A DNA stretch of 64,000 nt, from the NCBI GenBank assembly GCA_964573205.1, contig CAZNIT010000047.1:777-64776 (forward strand). Reading direction: 5' to 3'. The first letter of the stretch is position 1; the number at the start of each line of letters is the position of its first letter. Shown here piece after piece: positions 49,903-60,351 of this stretch. The position numbers and the translations under genes are program-made. Under the pieces are notes generated by a model that worked only from the letters and a program-made list of their open reading frames with translations, had not been told where the DNA came from and searched no databases. Origin of the DNA: an uncultured Sulfurospirillum sp. (GTDB lineage Bacteria > Campylobacterota > Campylobacteria > Campylobacterales > QNZT01).

Positions 49903-51162
49903 ATGACCATATTGATAATTTTATCCGTCATATGTTTAAATGCGAACGCATTTTGGTTCAACTCTTCGACAAAACCCAAAATAATAGAGATCAAAGCCGA
50001 ACCGTTAGATATGGAATTTGAAAAATCAATGGCGTTTGATTATTTGAATACACTTCGCCAAAAAGCGGGTTTGTCAAAATATATTTACAACGAGCATCTC
50101 GAGAAAGCGGCGAACTCTCATGCCCTCTATCTAGTCCGAAACAAAGCTCTGGGGCATTACGAAAACGACTCGAGTAAAAATTTCACCGGTAAAACTCCGA
50201 AAGATAGAGTCCTGTTCGCAGGTTACAACTCCACTTTCGTAATCGAAAACGTCTCTAACGATTCATTAAATTATAAAGATTCCATAGACGGACTCTTTTC
50301 GGCCATCTATCACCGTTTCGGATTTTTGGACTTTCAAAGCGACGAAATCGGTATCGGGGTAGCGCAAAATCCAAAAGATCCCGACATAAAAGCGTATGTT
50401 TATAATATGGGAATATACGAACTAAACGATCTTTGTTCACAAAAAAGTTATGACGGAGTAAAAAGTTATCTTTATAAAATATGTAAAAATCCCGATCATA
50501 AAATAAAAGAGAGTTCGTTTCATAAAGCTATGAACGCAAAAAAAGCCTCCTCGCAAAAGATCGTCGTCTATCCTTACGACAGGCAGGAAAATGTTCCGCC
50601 GGCCTTTTACAAAGAGAGTCCGGATCCTCTGCCGGAATATGATGTCAGCGGTTTTCCCGTCAGTTTTCAATTTAACGACTATTTTTTCCAAAATGCAAAA
50701 CTGACATCCCTCTCTCTCTTCGACCAAAACGCTAAAGAGGTGGATGCGAAAATACTGTATCACAAAAACGATCCGAATAACTTGATCAAAAAACACCAAT
50801 ACGCACTTCTTCCGCTCAAACGACTCTCCTACGACATGGAGTACAAAGTATCGGCAACCTATACGTCCGATGGTAAAAACTATACGAAAGAGTGGAATTT
50901 TAAAACGAAAAAACTCCCTAAACCGTTTTTCATTATCAAAAAAGATAGATCGAAAATCACGATATCGCCCGATATTGAATATACCTTATATTTCGAACCG
51001 CTAAACGCACATGATGTTTTAAACGGTATGCGATTTCCGGCGGATTTGAAAATAAAATTCTTAGATCAAAACACGATACGAATAAAACTCGTTTCGAACA
51101 AAAAGGAGAGTTTTAAACTAATAAGCGGTAACAAAACGGTGGAAGTTTCAGTTAGACAATAA
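49903..51162 (+). CDS. Secreted CAP/SCP-domain protein with a C-terminal beta-rich extension
   Basis: YLNTLRQKAGL, LEKAANSHA, ENVS, AIYHR and IGIG; later ESPDPLP..SGFPVS. Confidence 0.85.
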   Translation: MTILIILSVICLNANAFWFNSSTKPKIIEIKAEPLDMEFEKSMAFDYLNTLRQKAGLSKYIYNEHLEKAANSHALYLVRNKALGHYENDSSKNFTGKTPKDRVLFAGYNSTFVIENVSNDSLNYKDSIDGLFSAIYHRFGFLDFQSDEIGIGVAQNPKDPDIKAYVYNMGIYELNDLCSQKSYDGVKSYLYKICKNPDHKIKESSFHKAMNAKKASSQKIVVYPYDRQENVPPAFYKESPDPLPEYDVSGFPVSFQFNDYFFQNAKLTSLSLFDQNAKEVDAKILYHKNDPNNLIKKHQYALLPLKRLSYDMEYKVSATYTSDGKNYTKEWNFKTKKLPKPFFIIKKDRSKITISPDIEYTLYFEPLNAHDVLNGMRFPADLKIKFLDQNTIRIKLVSNKKESFKLISGNKTVEVSVRQ

Positions 51163-51180
51163 CTCATAAAAAGTTATCGT

Positions 51181-53523
51181 CTAACTCTTTTTCATAACGA
51201 TCTTGTGCTGTTTTATATATTTTTGGTTCTCTTTTCTCGAAAGAATTTTGATATATTTCTTATCTACGGCGTTTAGTACGAATCCAAGATTTTTAATCTT
51301 ATTGTTCGAAGCCACTTCCTGCATATATGTAACGAAACTTTTTTCGGAATAACCGGCCTTTAAAACGTCTATGACAAGATCCGCTTTTTTCATCAAAAAA
51401 ACCGACTCGGCGGCTACGCTTACAGGCGGTAAATCGAAAATTATATAGTCGTATCTATCCTTTAATATCTCCACCGCCTCGTCGATATAATTGGAGTTTA
51501 TTATCTTCATGGGATTGTCTCTCATAGAACCGGCCGGAATAATGTAGAGGTTTTTATACTGATCGCATCTGTATGTAACATCAAAAACTCTCTTATCGCC
51601 GAAAAGAACGTCCGAGATACCTTTTGAGTTGTCGATACCGAATTTTTTATGAATCTCCGGTAATCTCAAATCCAAAGATACGATAATGCTCTTTTTGTCT
51701 CCCATACCCAAACATAGAGCCAAGTTCGCGGATATGGTGGTTTTACCCTCGCCTTTTATCATCGATGTAACAGCGATGATCTGCGATTTCTTTCCGGTTT
51801 TAAACGCATCGACTTTATCTCTTAACGCCCAAACCATCTGCGAAGCGAGGGATTTGGGCTCTTTTATGACGAAAAGATCGTTATATAGCTTTTTATCGGT
51901 AATATAAGGTATGGTACCTAGATACGGAAGATCGCTCAACTCTTCCACATCACCCGGAACGGTGATCTTTTTGGCGAAGTATTCGGATAAAAGTGCGTAC
52001 ATCACTCCCGCAAGCAATCCTAAAATAGTTCCTAATGCAAGCAGTATTCCCTTTTTCGGTTTTATCGGATAATGGGGCAAAATAGCTTCATCGAGAACTT
52101 TATAGTCGTACTCTCCTTGAATTTTCTTCGATATCGTTATCTGCATCTTCTTATCAAATAGCAACAGATAACTCTTTTCCAATAGATCATGCTCTCTTTT
52201 GAGCTTCGCGTATCCTATCTCTTTTTGAGGAATATTCATCAATCTTTTCTTATAACCGGAAAGATAATTTAAGATCTTTCTTCTTTTATCTTTGACGCTT
52301 TTATGTATCTGCTCGAGATTTATCTTTAAAACGCTCTCTTTTTGAGCGATACTCTTTTGTAGCGCTTGCACTTTTGGATGTTTGGTCTTATATTTTTGCC
52401 GTAGCTTTTTATACTCTTGGACATCTTTTGCTATAGAATCGACCAATTTCGAGAGATTTGCGTTCTTTAGCAAAGATACCTGTGTCAATATCTCTCTATA
52501 ATCTCCTGTTCTTTTATAAGTATTCAAAATTTTATTTATATTCTGATACTCAATATCAAGAGTCTCCAGTTCATTGTCGTATCTATATATCGTATCTATC
52601 ATTCTATCGGTCTGAGCGTCGATACCGGCCACTCTGTTTCGTTTTACGTAATTTTGTAGTTTCTTCTCCGACTCATCAAGTTTTCTCTTCGCGGCGACAA
52701 GCTCTCTTCCCAAAAGTTCGAGATCCTCTCTTGTTTGAGAGACTCTATTTTTCGAAATAATCTCTTTATACTCTTTTAAAAGCTCGTTTACGAAATATTG
52801 AGCGCTAAGAGGCGAATTGTCGTCATACATAACTCGAATCATGCTCGAATCGTTACTTGTCGTATTTATATTTAAATTTCTTAAAACTTTATCGATATAC
52901 GCACGCTTGGATAGTACTTTGAAATAGATCTCGTTTTTGATCGACGATGGATTTTTCACAATCGTAAAGTTCATATACTTCGTAATTACAGGTTGAGAAA
53001 ATTTGTATATTAGAGGTTGGCTCTTTTTCTTTTTCAAAAGATCGGTGATAAACGAGTTTTCGGAAATCAGTCTAAGCGCATATCTCTCATCATCGATAGC
53101 TTCGATATGAAAAAATTTATCGTAAAAACTCTTATCTTTTATCTTCAAGTCTTTGATTATAAACGGTACATCCTCAAGAGTTTTGGAAAATGCACCGAAT
53201 TTTTGCTTTTGAAAATATTCGATATTCGCATCAAGTGCGTCGATCGCTTTTGAAACCAGATAACGCGATCTCAAAAGATCCATCTGAGTGACTATATATC
53301 TTTTAAAACTCCGTTTTTCATTTACGTTCGCGTTAGGACTCAAGAGGTTTGATTTTGAGATAATTTCAAGAGTAGCATCCGTTCGATAAACTTTCTGCGC
53401 AAAAAGTAGATAAAGATAAGTCAGTGTTATAAAAAAAAGCGTAATAAAGAAAATAGCGCCTTTATGCTTTGAAATCTTGTCGAGAAAAGTTCTTCTGTAT
53501 AGTTTATGTTCGTTAATATTCAT
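51181..53523 (-). CDS. Wzc-like polysaccharide co-polymerase / BY-kinase
   Basis: N-terminal TM, periplasmic coiled coil, PIKPKK before the second TM, Walker A GEGKTT, Walker B IIFDLPP. Confidence 0.88.
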   Translation of the reverse strand: MNINEHKLYRRTFLDKISKHKGAIFFITLFFITLTYLYLLFAQKVYRTDATLEIISKSNLLSPNANVNEKRSFKRYIVTQMDLLRSRYLVSKAIDALDANIEYFQKQKFGAFSKTLEDVPFIIKDLKIKDKSFYDKFFHIEAIDDERYALRLISENSFITDLLKKKKSQPLIYKFSQPVITKYMNFTIVKNPSSIKNEIYFKVLSKRAYIDKVLRNLNINTTSNDSSMIRVMYDDNSPLSAQYFVNELLKEYKEIISKNRVSQTREDLELLGRELVAAKRKLDESEKKLQNYVKRNRVAGIDAQTDRMIDTIYRYDNELETLDIEYQNINKILNTYKRTGDYREILTQVSLLKNANLSKLVDSIAKDVQEYKKLRQKYKTKHPKVQALQKSIAQKESVLKINLEQIHKSVKDKRRKILNYLSGYKKRLMNIPQKEIGYAKLKREHDLLEKSYLLLFDKKMQITISKKIQGEYDYKVLDEAILPHYPIKPKKGILLALGTILGLLAGVMYALLSEYFAKKITVPGDVEELSDLPYLGTIPYITDKKLYNDLFVIKEPKSLASQMVWALRDKVDAFKTGKKSQIIAVTSMIKGEGKTTISANLALCLGMGDKKSIIVSLDLRLPEIHKKFGIDNSKGISDVLFGDKRVFDVTYRCDQYKNLYIIPAGSMRDNPMKIINSNYIDEAVEILKDRYDYIIFDLPPVSVAAESVFLMKKADLVIDVLKAGYSEKSFVTYMQEVASNNKIKNLGFVLNAVDKKYIKILSRKENQKYIKQHKIVMKKS

Positions 53524-53533
53524 ATCCTCTTTC

Positions 53534-54274
53534 CTATTTCCATACCTGATATACGGTCAAAGAGTTAAAGATGGTATTTATCCAACTCAAAGACGGATCG
53601 GCTCCGTTTAAAGGAAGGTTGAAATCTTTTACACCATTATGCGGAACATAAATTATATCGTCAGGTAAAAGGTTTATATCGTTGTCTTTGACACTGTTTA
53701 GATTCGTAAGATCGATATCCAAAACCGTATAGCGGGCTCTTGTGCCTCTTACTATCTTTACTTTGTCGCGTTGTGCCGCATCGGTCAAACCGCCACGCTG
53801 AATTATCGCTTTTAAAGGCGTCAAAGATCGAAATTTCATCATCTCAACGACACCGGGGTTTTTCACTTCTCCCAAAACGTAAATCTTCTGATTTAAAATC
53901 TCGACTCGAAGTGCCGGTTTTTCGAGATAATCCGAATATTTTTTATATAAAATATCCACAACCTCCTCTTTTGTTCTTCCTGCGACTAAAACTTTTCCGA
54001 TTATCGGCATCATAACGGTACCGTCCGACGCGACTTCTATACCTATATCGTTTTCCGATTGATTTTTATTTTTGGTACTAAGTTCGGGATATTCGAAAAA
54101 TATTATGGATAGACGATCATGCGGTTTAATGATATATCTTTTTTGAGTGGTGAAAAATTCATCTGCGTTTCGAACGGTTTCGTCCTTTTGGAAAAGTTGA
54201 TGTTTTTTACCGCTGCAACCGCCCAAAAGTGCGCTCAATATCGTTAGAAGTATTAAAAATCGTAATTTCTGCAC
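53534..54274 (-). CDS. Wza-like polysaccharide export lipoprotein
   Basis: Lipobox LGGC (GTG start 54274); YIIKPHDRLSI, DGTVMMPIIG, IYVLGEVKNPG and LLPDDIIYVP. Confidence 0.88.
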   Translation of the reverse strand: MQKLRFLILLTILSALLGGCSGKKHQLFQKDETVRNADEFFTTQKRYIIKPHDRLSIIFFEYPELSTKNKNQSENDIGIEVASDGTVMMPIIGKVLVAGRTKEEVVDILYKKYSDYLEKPALRVEILNQKIYVLGEVKNPGVVEMMKFRSLTPLKAIIQRGGLTDAAQRDKVKIVRGTRARYTVLDIDLTNLNSVKDNDINLLPDDIIYVPHNGVKDFNLPLNGADPSLSWINTIFNSLTVYQVWK

Positions 54275-54363
54275 GCTTTCGCCCCTGATTTTGTATCGCA
54301 TCGACCGTTAAAAAGATAGTCGATCTTAAATATATCGGCAGAAATTAAAATTTTTTTACGATT

Positions 54364-54504
54364 TTACCTGTTACCTCTGCTTTGCGAGATAGAGGCCGTA
54401 TCTTTTTCTATTTTCTCCATGATCATTAACGGAGCCAAGATCATATAAAGTATGTTCGCTACGATAAACGCTATCAAAAGATAAAGCGGTAATCTCTTTT
54501 TCAT
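54364..54504 (-). CDS. Unannotated 46-aa single-TM protein MKKRLPLYLLIAFIVANILYMILAPLMIMEKIEKDTASISQSRGNR
   Basis: ATGA overlap with the cca stop; SD AGAGGA upstream; clear TM helix. Confidence 0.65.
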   Translation of the reverse strand: MKKRLPLYLLIAFIVANILYMILAPLMIMEKIEKDTASISQSRGNR

Positions 54505-55766
54505 AAATATTCCTCTTTTTTTATTAAATTCAAAGCTTCCTCTTTAGTGCGAATTTCATCTCGAAGCTGAAGATCATATATTTTCGCCAAAATCTCTTTA
54601 AACTTCGGCGAAGCCTTAAATCCGGAATCGATCAAATCCCTTCCTAAGATCAACGGAGTCGGCGGTTTTTTTGAAACACCCAACTTTTCGGCATTTTTTA
54701 ACAACTTATTACAATAAAATTCTCTTCTTTCTTCATCATCAAAATAAAACAGTTTACATATATCGCAAAAATCTTCGATATTCACTTTAAGACTGAGCTT
54801 TCTTATCTCATATTTCAAATCTTCTCTTTTGAAAAGATCGACCTCTTCTTTGATTGTCGATAAATATATCGTTACTTTATTCAATAATGAACTCTGAGCG
54901 GTTAAATTTTCGATAAACTCTTTAGACTCTTTTAAACTCATATCCATACAGACGGCACAAAACATCAAAACAAGATCTTTTTTTTCGTCGCCGCTTCTTA
55001 AAGTCGCGGCGAAATCGACTCTATGCAATAATCTTCGCCACTTATTAGAATCAAATTTTTCGAGTATAAAAAAATATCCGAGCGCCTCGAGCTCTTTTAA
55101 CAGTTTAAATCCGACGGACACTTTTTTTGATTTTAAAAGCAATTTTTTTATCTCTTCAAAAACCCTCTCTTTGGGTAACTCCAACAACTCTCCCCTTTTT
55201 GCCATCTCTTTGCAGAGCCTTTTTGTCCCGGGATCCATCATAAAATCAAATCTGGCGCAAAACTGGACACCTCTGTACACACGAAGAGGATCTTCTATAA
55301 AAGTTTTATCGTCGATATGGCGTAGAACTCTCTCTTGTAGATCTCTTTTTCCAAAAAACGGATCTTCAAAACGACCGCTTTTTATCTCGTAGCCCATCGC
55401 GTTTATCGTAAAATCACGCCTTTTCGCCGCCTCTTTGAACTTCATAAAAGGATCGATCGCCACTTCAAATCCGCAATGGCCGGCGGCTACTTTTTTCTCT
55501 CTTCTTGGAAACGAAAAATCAAATTCGCCACCTTCGTAAAAAAACTTCAAAACCCCGAAACTCTTACCTACAAGTCTAACTTCGCCGTATTTTAAGAGTA
55601 TATCCTCAAGCAGTTGAAGATTTTTGAGGCCGAAAACTTCGATATCGTAATCTTTTACGGGCAAATCAAGAAGAAAATCTCGAACACTACCGCCGACCAA
55701 AAAGGCGTTAGCGCCGTATTTAAACAGTTCATCTGAAATGGAAATTAAAATTTCGGGCACTATCAT
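54501..55766 (-). CDS. cca: CCA tRNA nucleotidyltransferase family protein
   Basis: LVGGSVRD, DYDIE, RRDFTINAM, EDPLRVYRG and ERVFEE. Confidence 0.88.
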   Translation of the reverse strand: MIVPEILISISDELFKYGANAFLVGGSVRDFLLDLPVKDYDIEVFGLKNLQLLEDILLKYGEVRLVGKSFGVLKFFYEGGEFDFSFPRREKKVAAGHCGFEVAIDPFMKFKEAAKRRDFTINAMGYEIKSGRFEDPFFGKRDLQERVLRHIDDKTFIEDPLRVYRGVQFCARFDFMMDPGTKRLCKEMAKRGELLELPKERVFEEIKKLLLKSKKVSVGFKLLKELEALGYFFILEKFDSNKWRRLLHRVDFAATLRSGDEKKDLVLMFCAVCMDMSLKESKEFIENLTAQSSLLNKVTIYLSTIKEEVDLFKREDLKYEIRKLSLKVNIEDFCDICKLFYFDDEERREFYCNKLLKNAEKLGVSKKPPTPLILGRDLIDSGFKASPKFKEILAKIYDLQLRDEIRTKEEALNLIKKEEYL

Positions 55767-55873
55767 TTGGTAATTGTATCCAAATTTTCACAATACCGCC
55801 TTTTTAAAACTCCCTCTTTCCAGTCGAAAAAATGGTATAATACATATATAGGAGTTTAGATAAAGGATCTGAT

Positions 55874-57082
55874 ATGAAAGATCTAAAACGTAAGATTTTC
55901 AAGCAAATCGAAACTATCAACGAAAAAGTTGTGACGATCAGACACGACCTGCATGCCCATCCCGAACTTTCAGGAAAAGAAGAACATACAAAATATCTCG
56001 TCAAAGGCATACTCGAAGCAGGCGGCTACGAAATTAGAGAGTTTAACGACCATTACGGTTTGATCGCCGATTTTAAAAAACGCAAAAAAGGGAAAAAGAC
56101 GATCGCCCTTCGCGCGGATATGGACGCTCTTCCCATCAAAGAACGGACAAAACTTCCCTATGCGTCAAGAGTCCCCGGAGTGATGCATGCCTGCGGACAT
56201 GACAGCCACACGGCCATAGCTTTGGGAGCGGCGATAGCGCTCGCACCGTTTCAAAATGAAATCGACGGAAATATACGCTTTATATTTCAACCCTCGGAAG
56301 AGAGTAAAGAGGGAGGTAGTGTTCAAATGATAGAAGCCGGCGCGCTAAAGGGAGTGGATGCCATTTTCGCACTTCATGCCTACCCATACCTCTTGACCGG
56401 AAAAATAGGCTACAAATACGGCGTCATGATGGCTTCAGCCGATATCTTCAAAATTGAAATATTCGGCAAAGCCGCCCACGGAGCAAGACCACATGAGGGA
56501 GTTGACGCCATCTTGGTAACCTCAATGATAGTAAATTCTCTCAACCATATCGTATCAAGACGTATCGATCCGCTTCATCCGGCGGTCATCTCTTTGGGTA
56601 CGATCGAGGGCGGTAGAGCCGCGAATATCATCTGCGATCATGTCATTTTAAGCGGAACGGTAAGAACTTTGAATGAAAAAATACGAAAAGATATTCCGAA
56701 AATGATGGAAGAATCGATCAAAGGAATCGCCAAATCAATGGACGCGTTATATAATTTCGACTATGAGTTCGGCCAACCGGAACTCGTAAATGACGACAAG
56801 ATGGTCGATATCATCGTAAATGCGGCAAAAGAGACGATAGGCGAAAAAAACTGTATCGATCTTCATGATCCGGTTATGGGAGGCGAGGACTTTTCGGAAT
56901 ATCTTCGTCTGATTCCCGGAGCTTTTTTCAGACTCGGAACATGCAACGATAAGAAAAAAACTTGCGCCGCGCAACATAACAGTAGATTTAACGTCGATGA
57001 CGACGCTTTGGAAATAGGAATGAAAATCCTCTGTGCCGCTTCGTTGCAAGCGCTTGAAAAACTTGAAAAAGAGAAGATATGA
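55874..57082 (+). CDS. M20D amidohydrolase (N-acyl-amino-acid hydrolase-like)
   Basis: HAHPELSGKE, RADMDALP, HACGHD, FQPSEE, MGGEDF and QHNSRF. Confidence 0.92.
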   Translation: MKDLKRKIFKQIETINEKVVTIRHDLHAHPELSGKEEHTKYLVKGILEAGGYEIREFNDHYGLIADFKKRKKGKKTIALRADMDALPIKERTKLPYASRVPGVMHACGHDSHTAIALGAAIALAPFQNEIDGNIRFIFQPSEESKEGGSVQMIEAGALKGVDAIFALHAYPYLLTGKIGYKYGVMMASADIFKIEIFGKAAHGARPHEGVDAILVTSMIVNSLNHIVSRRIDPLHPAVISLGTIEGGRAANIICDHVILSGTVRTLNEKIRKDIPKMMEESIKGIAKSMDALYNFDYEFGQPELVNDDKMVDIIVNAAKETIGEKNCIDLHDPVMGGEDFSEYLRLIPGAFFRLGTCNDKKKTCAAQHNSRFNVDDDALEIGMKILCAASLQALEKLEKEKI

Positions 57083-58542
57083 CAAACAGCGTTCTCATAA
57101 AGGTGCCTTCGAAAAAAGATTATTTCGAGATCATTAGCTTTAGTATAAAAACGATGGCAAAAAACATACGGATGAAAAAATCGGATACGAAACGACTCGT
57201 CGAAGCGGCAAACGAGCTTTTTAAAAACGCTATCACCCATGCTTACGGCGATGCAAGCGGAGTCGTCCAAACACAAATACACTCTTTTGCCTCCGGTTTG
57301 AGGATAGATATGCAAGATTGGGGAATGCCGATGACGGCGGATAAATATTCAAGCGTACCGATAAATTTGGAGGAGGAGAGAGGATTTAACAAAATCTACA
57401 AACTGGTCGATCTTTTCGAATATAAAAATCTCGGTAAAAACGGCAAAAAATTCTCTATCATAAAATATCTCTCGTTCGAAAGTAAAACGAAATTTCAAAC
57501 TCCCTTAAAAACAACCGATAAAGATCATGTAGCTTACGATACCCCTATCACTGTACGAAACTTCAAAGCAGGCGATGAAGAGGCCATTTCTAAACTCATA
57601 TATCAAAATTACGGATACAGTTATATAAAAGAGTTGTTTTATCATCCGAAAAAAATACTGGAATATCAAAATAAAAAACTTTTTTGCGTAGTCGCGATCG
57701 ATGAGAACTCGAATGAAATCACCGGACATTTCACACTCGTTAAAATGCCCAAAAGTAATATAGCCGAAATAGGCGTAGTCGTCGTAGATCCCAGATACAA
57801 AGGAATGGGTATCATGAATAAAATGTTCGACGCACTTATTAAAAGAGCCGAAGAGCTTAAATTCGATGCGATTTTCGGAGAAGCGGTTATGTTTCACACT
57901 TTCAGCCAAAAGAGCAATCTCTCGCATGGTTTTAAAGAGTCGGCACTGCTTTTGGGGCGTGCTCCGGAAGATGTTACGATCGAAAACAACAAACTAGCCC
58001 AAAAAAACTTAAGAGGATCCGTTCTTGTAGCATACAAAATTTTCCGCTACCCTCCTCAACAGCTCACACTCCCCGAAATATACAAAGAGATGATCGTAAA
58101 AACATATAAAAAAGCACAACTTCCTATAGATCGGTTGAAACAGTGTAACTCTTCCAAACAAAAGCATATTCATCTATATTACGATTACGATCCGTTGACG
58201 AATGTCGCTACGATCGTTATAGACGACTACGGCAAACATTTTAAACATAAGTTTTTACTACTTCTTTCACAGCTGCGAGCTAAGCATTGCGATATGATCT
58301 ATGCCCAAATCAACTTAAATAACAATCCTCACATCGACAAAATTGTCACTTTGCTCAATAAAAGAGGGTTTTTCTATGCGGGCGTTCTCTACCTTAAACA
58401 TAAAAACCAAGATTATCTTTGCCTGCAAAGCAAACATTCCGTACATATAGGCAAAAAAAATCTGATCTGCTACTCGAACTTTTGCAAAGAACTTTTGGAA
58501 TATATAAAAACCGATGAACGGCGCATTAAATACAAAGTTTGA
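57079..58542 (+). CDS. RsbW-like HATPase - GNAT acetyltransferase fusion
   Basis: N-box ELFKNAITHAY, G1 QDWG, G2-like ERGF; GNAT motif A EIGVVVVDPRYKGMG; ATGA overlap with the amidohydrolase. Confidence 0.78.
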   Translation: MTNSVLIKVPSKKDYFEIISFSIKTMAKNIRMKKSDTKRLVEAANELFKNAITHAYGDASGVVQTQIHSFASGLRIDMQDWGMPMTADKYSSVPINLEEERGFNKIYKLVDLFEYKNLGKNGKKFSIIKYLSFESKTKFQTPLKTTDKDHVAYDTPITVRNFKAGDEEAISKLIYQNYGYSYIKELFYHPKKILEYQNKKLFCVVAIDENSNEITGHFTLVKMPKSNIAEIGVVVVDPRYKGMGIMNKMFDALIKRAEELKFDAIFGEAVMFHTFSQKSNLSHGFKESALLLGRAPEDVTIENNKLAQKNLRGSVLVAYKIFRYPPQQLTLPEIYKEMIVKTYKKAQLPIDRLKQCNSSKQKHIHLYYDYDPLTNVATIVIDDYGKHFKHKFLLLLSQLRAKHCDMIYAQINLNNNPHIDKIVTLLNKRGFFYAGVLYLKHKNQDYLCLQSKHSVHIGKKNLICYSNFCKELLEYIKTDERRIKYKV

Positions 58543-58667
58543 AAGAGATGGCGACTATTGTTACTTATTTTACCATTTGATTTGATTATTGTTTTCAGGA
58601 CATTGGCTTACAAAGTCTTTTTTACTATAATGATAGCTAAATTTTAAAATAGAGGCGGCATTTTATT

Positions 58668-60314
58668 ATGGAGATTTCAACTCTCAAAAAGATGGAAAAA
58701 AAAGCGCGCAAAGCCAGCAGCGGTGATTTTATAAAAATCGGTATCGCCATAGTGTTCATGGCAATGGTACTTTTATATAGTTTTTCAACTTCTGGAAATA
58801 TACCTAATAACACTTTTTTAGCCATAGCGGCACTCTTTGGAGCCTATATGGCTATGAATATAGGCGCAAACGATGTAGCCAACAACGTAGGTCCCGCCGT
58901 CGGCTCGAAAGCGTTGACTATGGGGGGAGCTATCGCCATTGCGGCCGTTTTTGAAGCTAGCGGCGCATTGATTGCGGGAGGAGACGTCGTAAAGACCATC
59001 AAAAAGGGCATCATCGACATTTCGGCTTTCGGCAATCATACCGATATGTTTATCTGGGCGATGATGGCGGCACTCTTGGCGGCGGCGCTATGGCTGAATT
59101 TCGCTACATATTTCAAAGCTCCCGTATCCACCACACACTCTATCGTCGGCGGTGTTATGGGAGCCGGAATCGCCGCGGCCGGGTTTTCAATAGTAGCTTG
59201 GGGAACCATGAGCAAAATCGCCGCCTCTTGGATCATATCTCCTTTGCTTGGAGGAGTTATTGCCGCGGGATTTTTATTTGCTATCAAAAAAACCATCGTT
59301 TTTAAAGACGATCGAATAAAAGCCGCTAAAAAATGGGTACCGGTTTATGTAGCCGTTATGGCATGGGCTTTTGTAACTTATCTGGTTTTAAAGGGTCTTA
59401 AAAAAGTGTGGCCTTCCATCGTTTCGTTTGTCAACGAAAATATATTCGCCATTTTACCGATTACGAAAAAACCCACATTTTTCGTAGCGTTTACAATAGG
59501 ACTCGCAATTGCCGTCGTTACGTATTTCGCTGTTAAAAAATCGATCTCGAAAAAAGGGAAAATCACGGTAAACGATAGAAACAGTATAAATACTCTTTTT
59601 ACGATTCCGCTAATTTTCGCGGCGGCTCTTCTTAGCTTCGCCCACGGTGCGAACGATGTCGCAAACGCCATCGGACCTCTTGCGGCCATAAGCGATGCGG
59701 TAACAAGCGGCGGTATCTCGGCAAAAGCCGGTATTCCCATCTGGGTTATGGCTGTAGGAGCTTTGGGCATCTCCGTAGGACTTGCGCTTTACGGGCCGAA
59801 ACTCATAAAAACGGTCGGTTCGGAGATCACCGAGCTAGATCAAATAAGAGCTTTTTCCATCGCTATTGCGGCCGCTATCACCGTCATTATCGCCAGTCAG
59901 CTCGGACTTCCCGTAAGCTCCACGCACATTGCGGTTGGAGGAGTGTTTGGCGTCGGTTTTTTAAGAGAGTGGCTCGATACTACCGACGAAGCAAGCGTCA
60001 TAGCTCAAAGAGAAGAGAAAGTGAAAGAGGATGAAAGAACACTAAACGCATATACCAGCGAGCTTGAAAACCTGGAACAAAAAAGCAAAAAAGAGAAAGC
60101 CGACTACAAAAGAATAGTGGCACTATATAAACTGATCGATGACATGGAAGATAAAATCAAAAATGACAAAAAAGCATTAAAAAGCGCTCTTAAAACAAAA
60201 TATGTAAAAAGAGACGCCGTGAAAAAAATTATCGCCGCTTGGATCATAACCGTACCGGCGGCGGCACTTCTTTCGGCAATGATCTTTTTTATGATAAAAG
60301 GAATGTTGGGATAG
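58668..60314 (+). CDS. PiT-family inorganic phosphate transporter
   Basis: GANDVANN, PVSTTH, AHGANDVANA and PVSSTH; charged coiled-coil insert near the C-terminus. Confidence 0.93.
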   Translation: MEISTLKKMEKKARKASSGDFIKIGIAIVFMAMVLLYSFSTSGNIPNNTFLAIAALFGAYMAMNIGANDVANNVGPAVGSKALTMGGAIAIAAVFEASGALIAGGDVVKTIKKGIIDISAFGNHTDMFIWAMMAALLAAALWLNFATYFKAPVSTTHSIVGGVMGAGIAAAGFSIVAWGTMSKIAASWIISPLLGGVIAAGFLFAIKKTIVFKDDRIKAAKKWVPVYVAVMAWAFVTYLVLKGLKKVWPSIVSFVNENIFAILPITKKPTFFVAFTIGLAIAVVTYFAVKKSISKKGKITVNDRNSINTLFTIPLIFAAALLSFAHGANDVANAIGPLAAISDAVTSGGISAKAGIPIWVMAVGALGISVGLALYGPKLIKTVGSEITELDQIRAFSIAIAAAITVIIASQLGLPVSSTHIAVGGVFGVGFLREWLDTTDEASVIAQREEKVKEDERTLNAYTSELENLEQKSKKEKADYKRIVALYKLIDDMEDKIKNDKKALKSALKTKYVKRDAVKKIIAAWIITVPAAALLSAMIFFMIKGMLG

Positions 60315-60351
60315 TTCCACCGGAAGTGAGACTTAGCTCTTGCTTCCAACT

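Noticed and set aside
59980-60200. Charged insert in the PiT transporter as a fused novel domain
   Set aside because: PiT proteins often carry variable hydrophilic loops; no distinct motif was seen.
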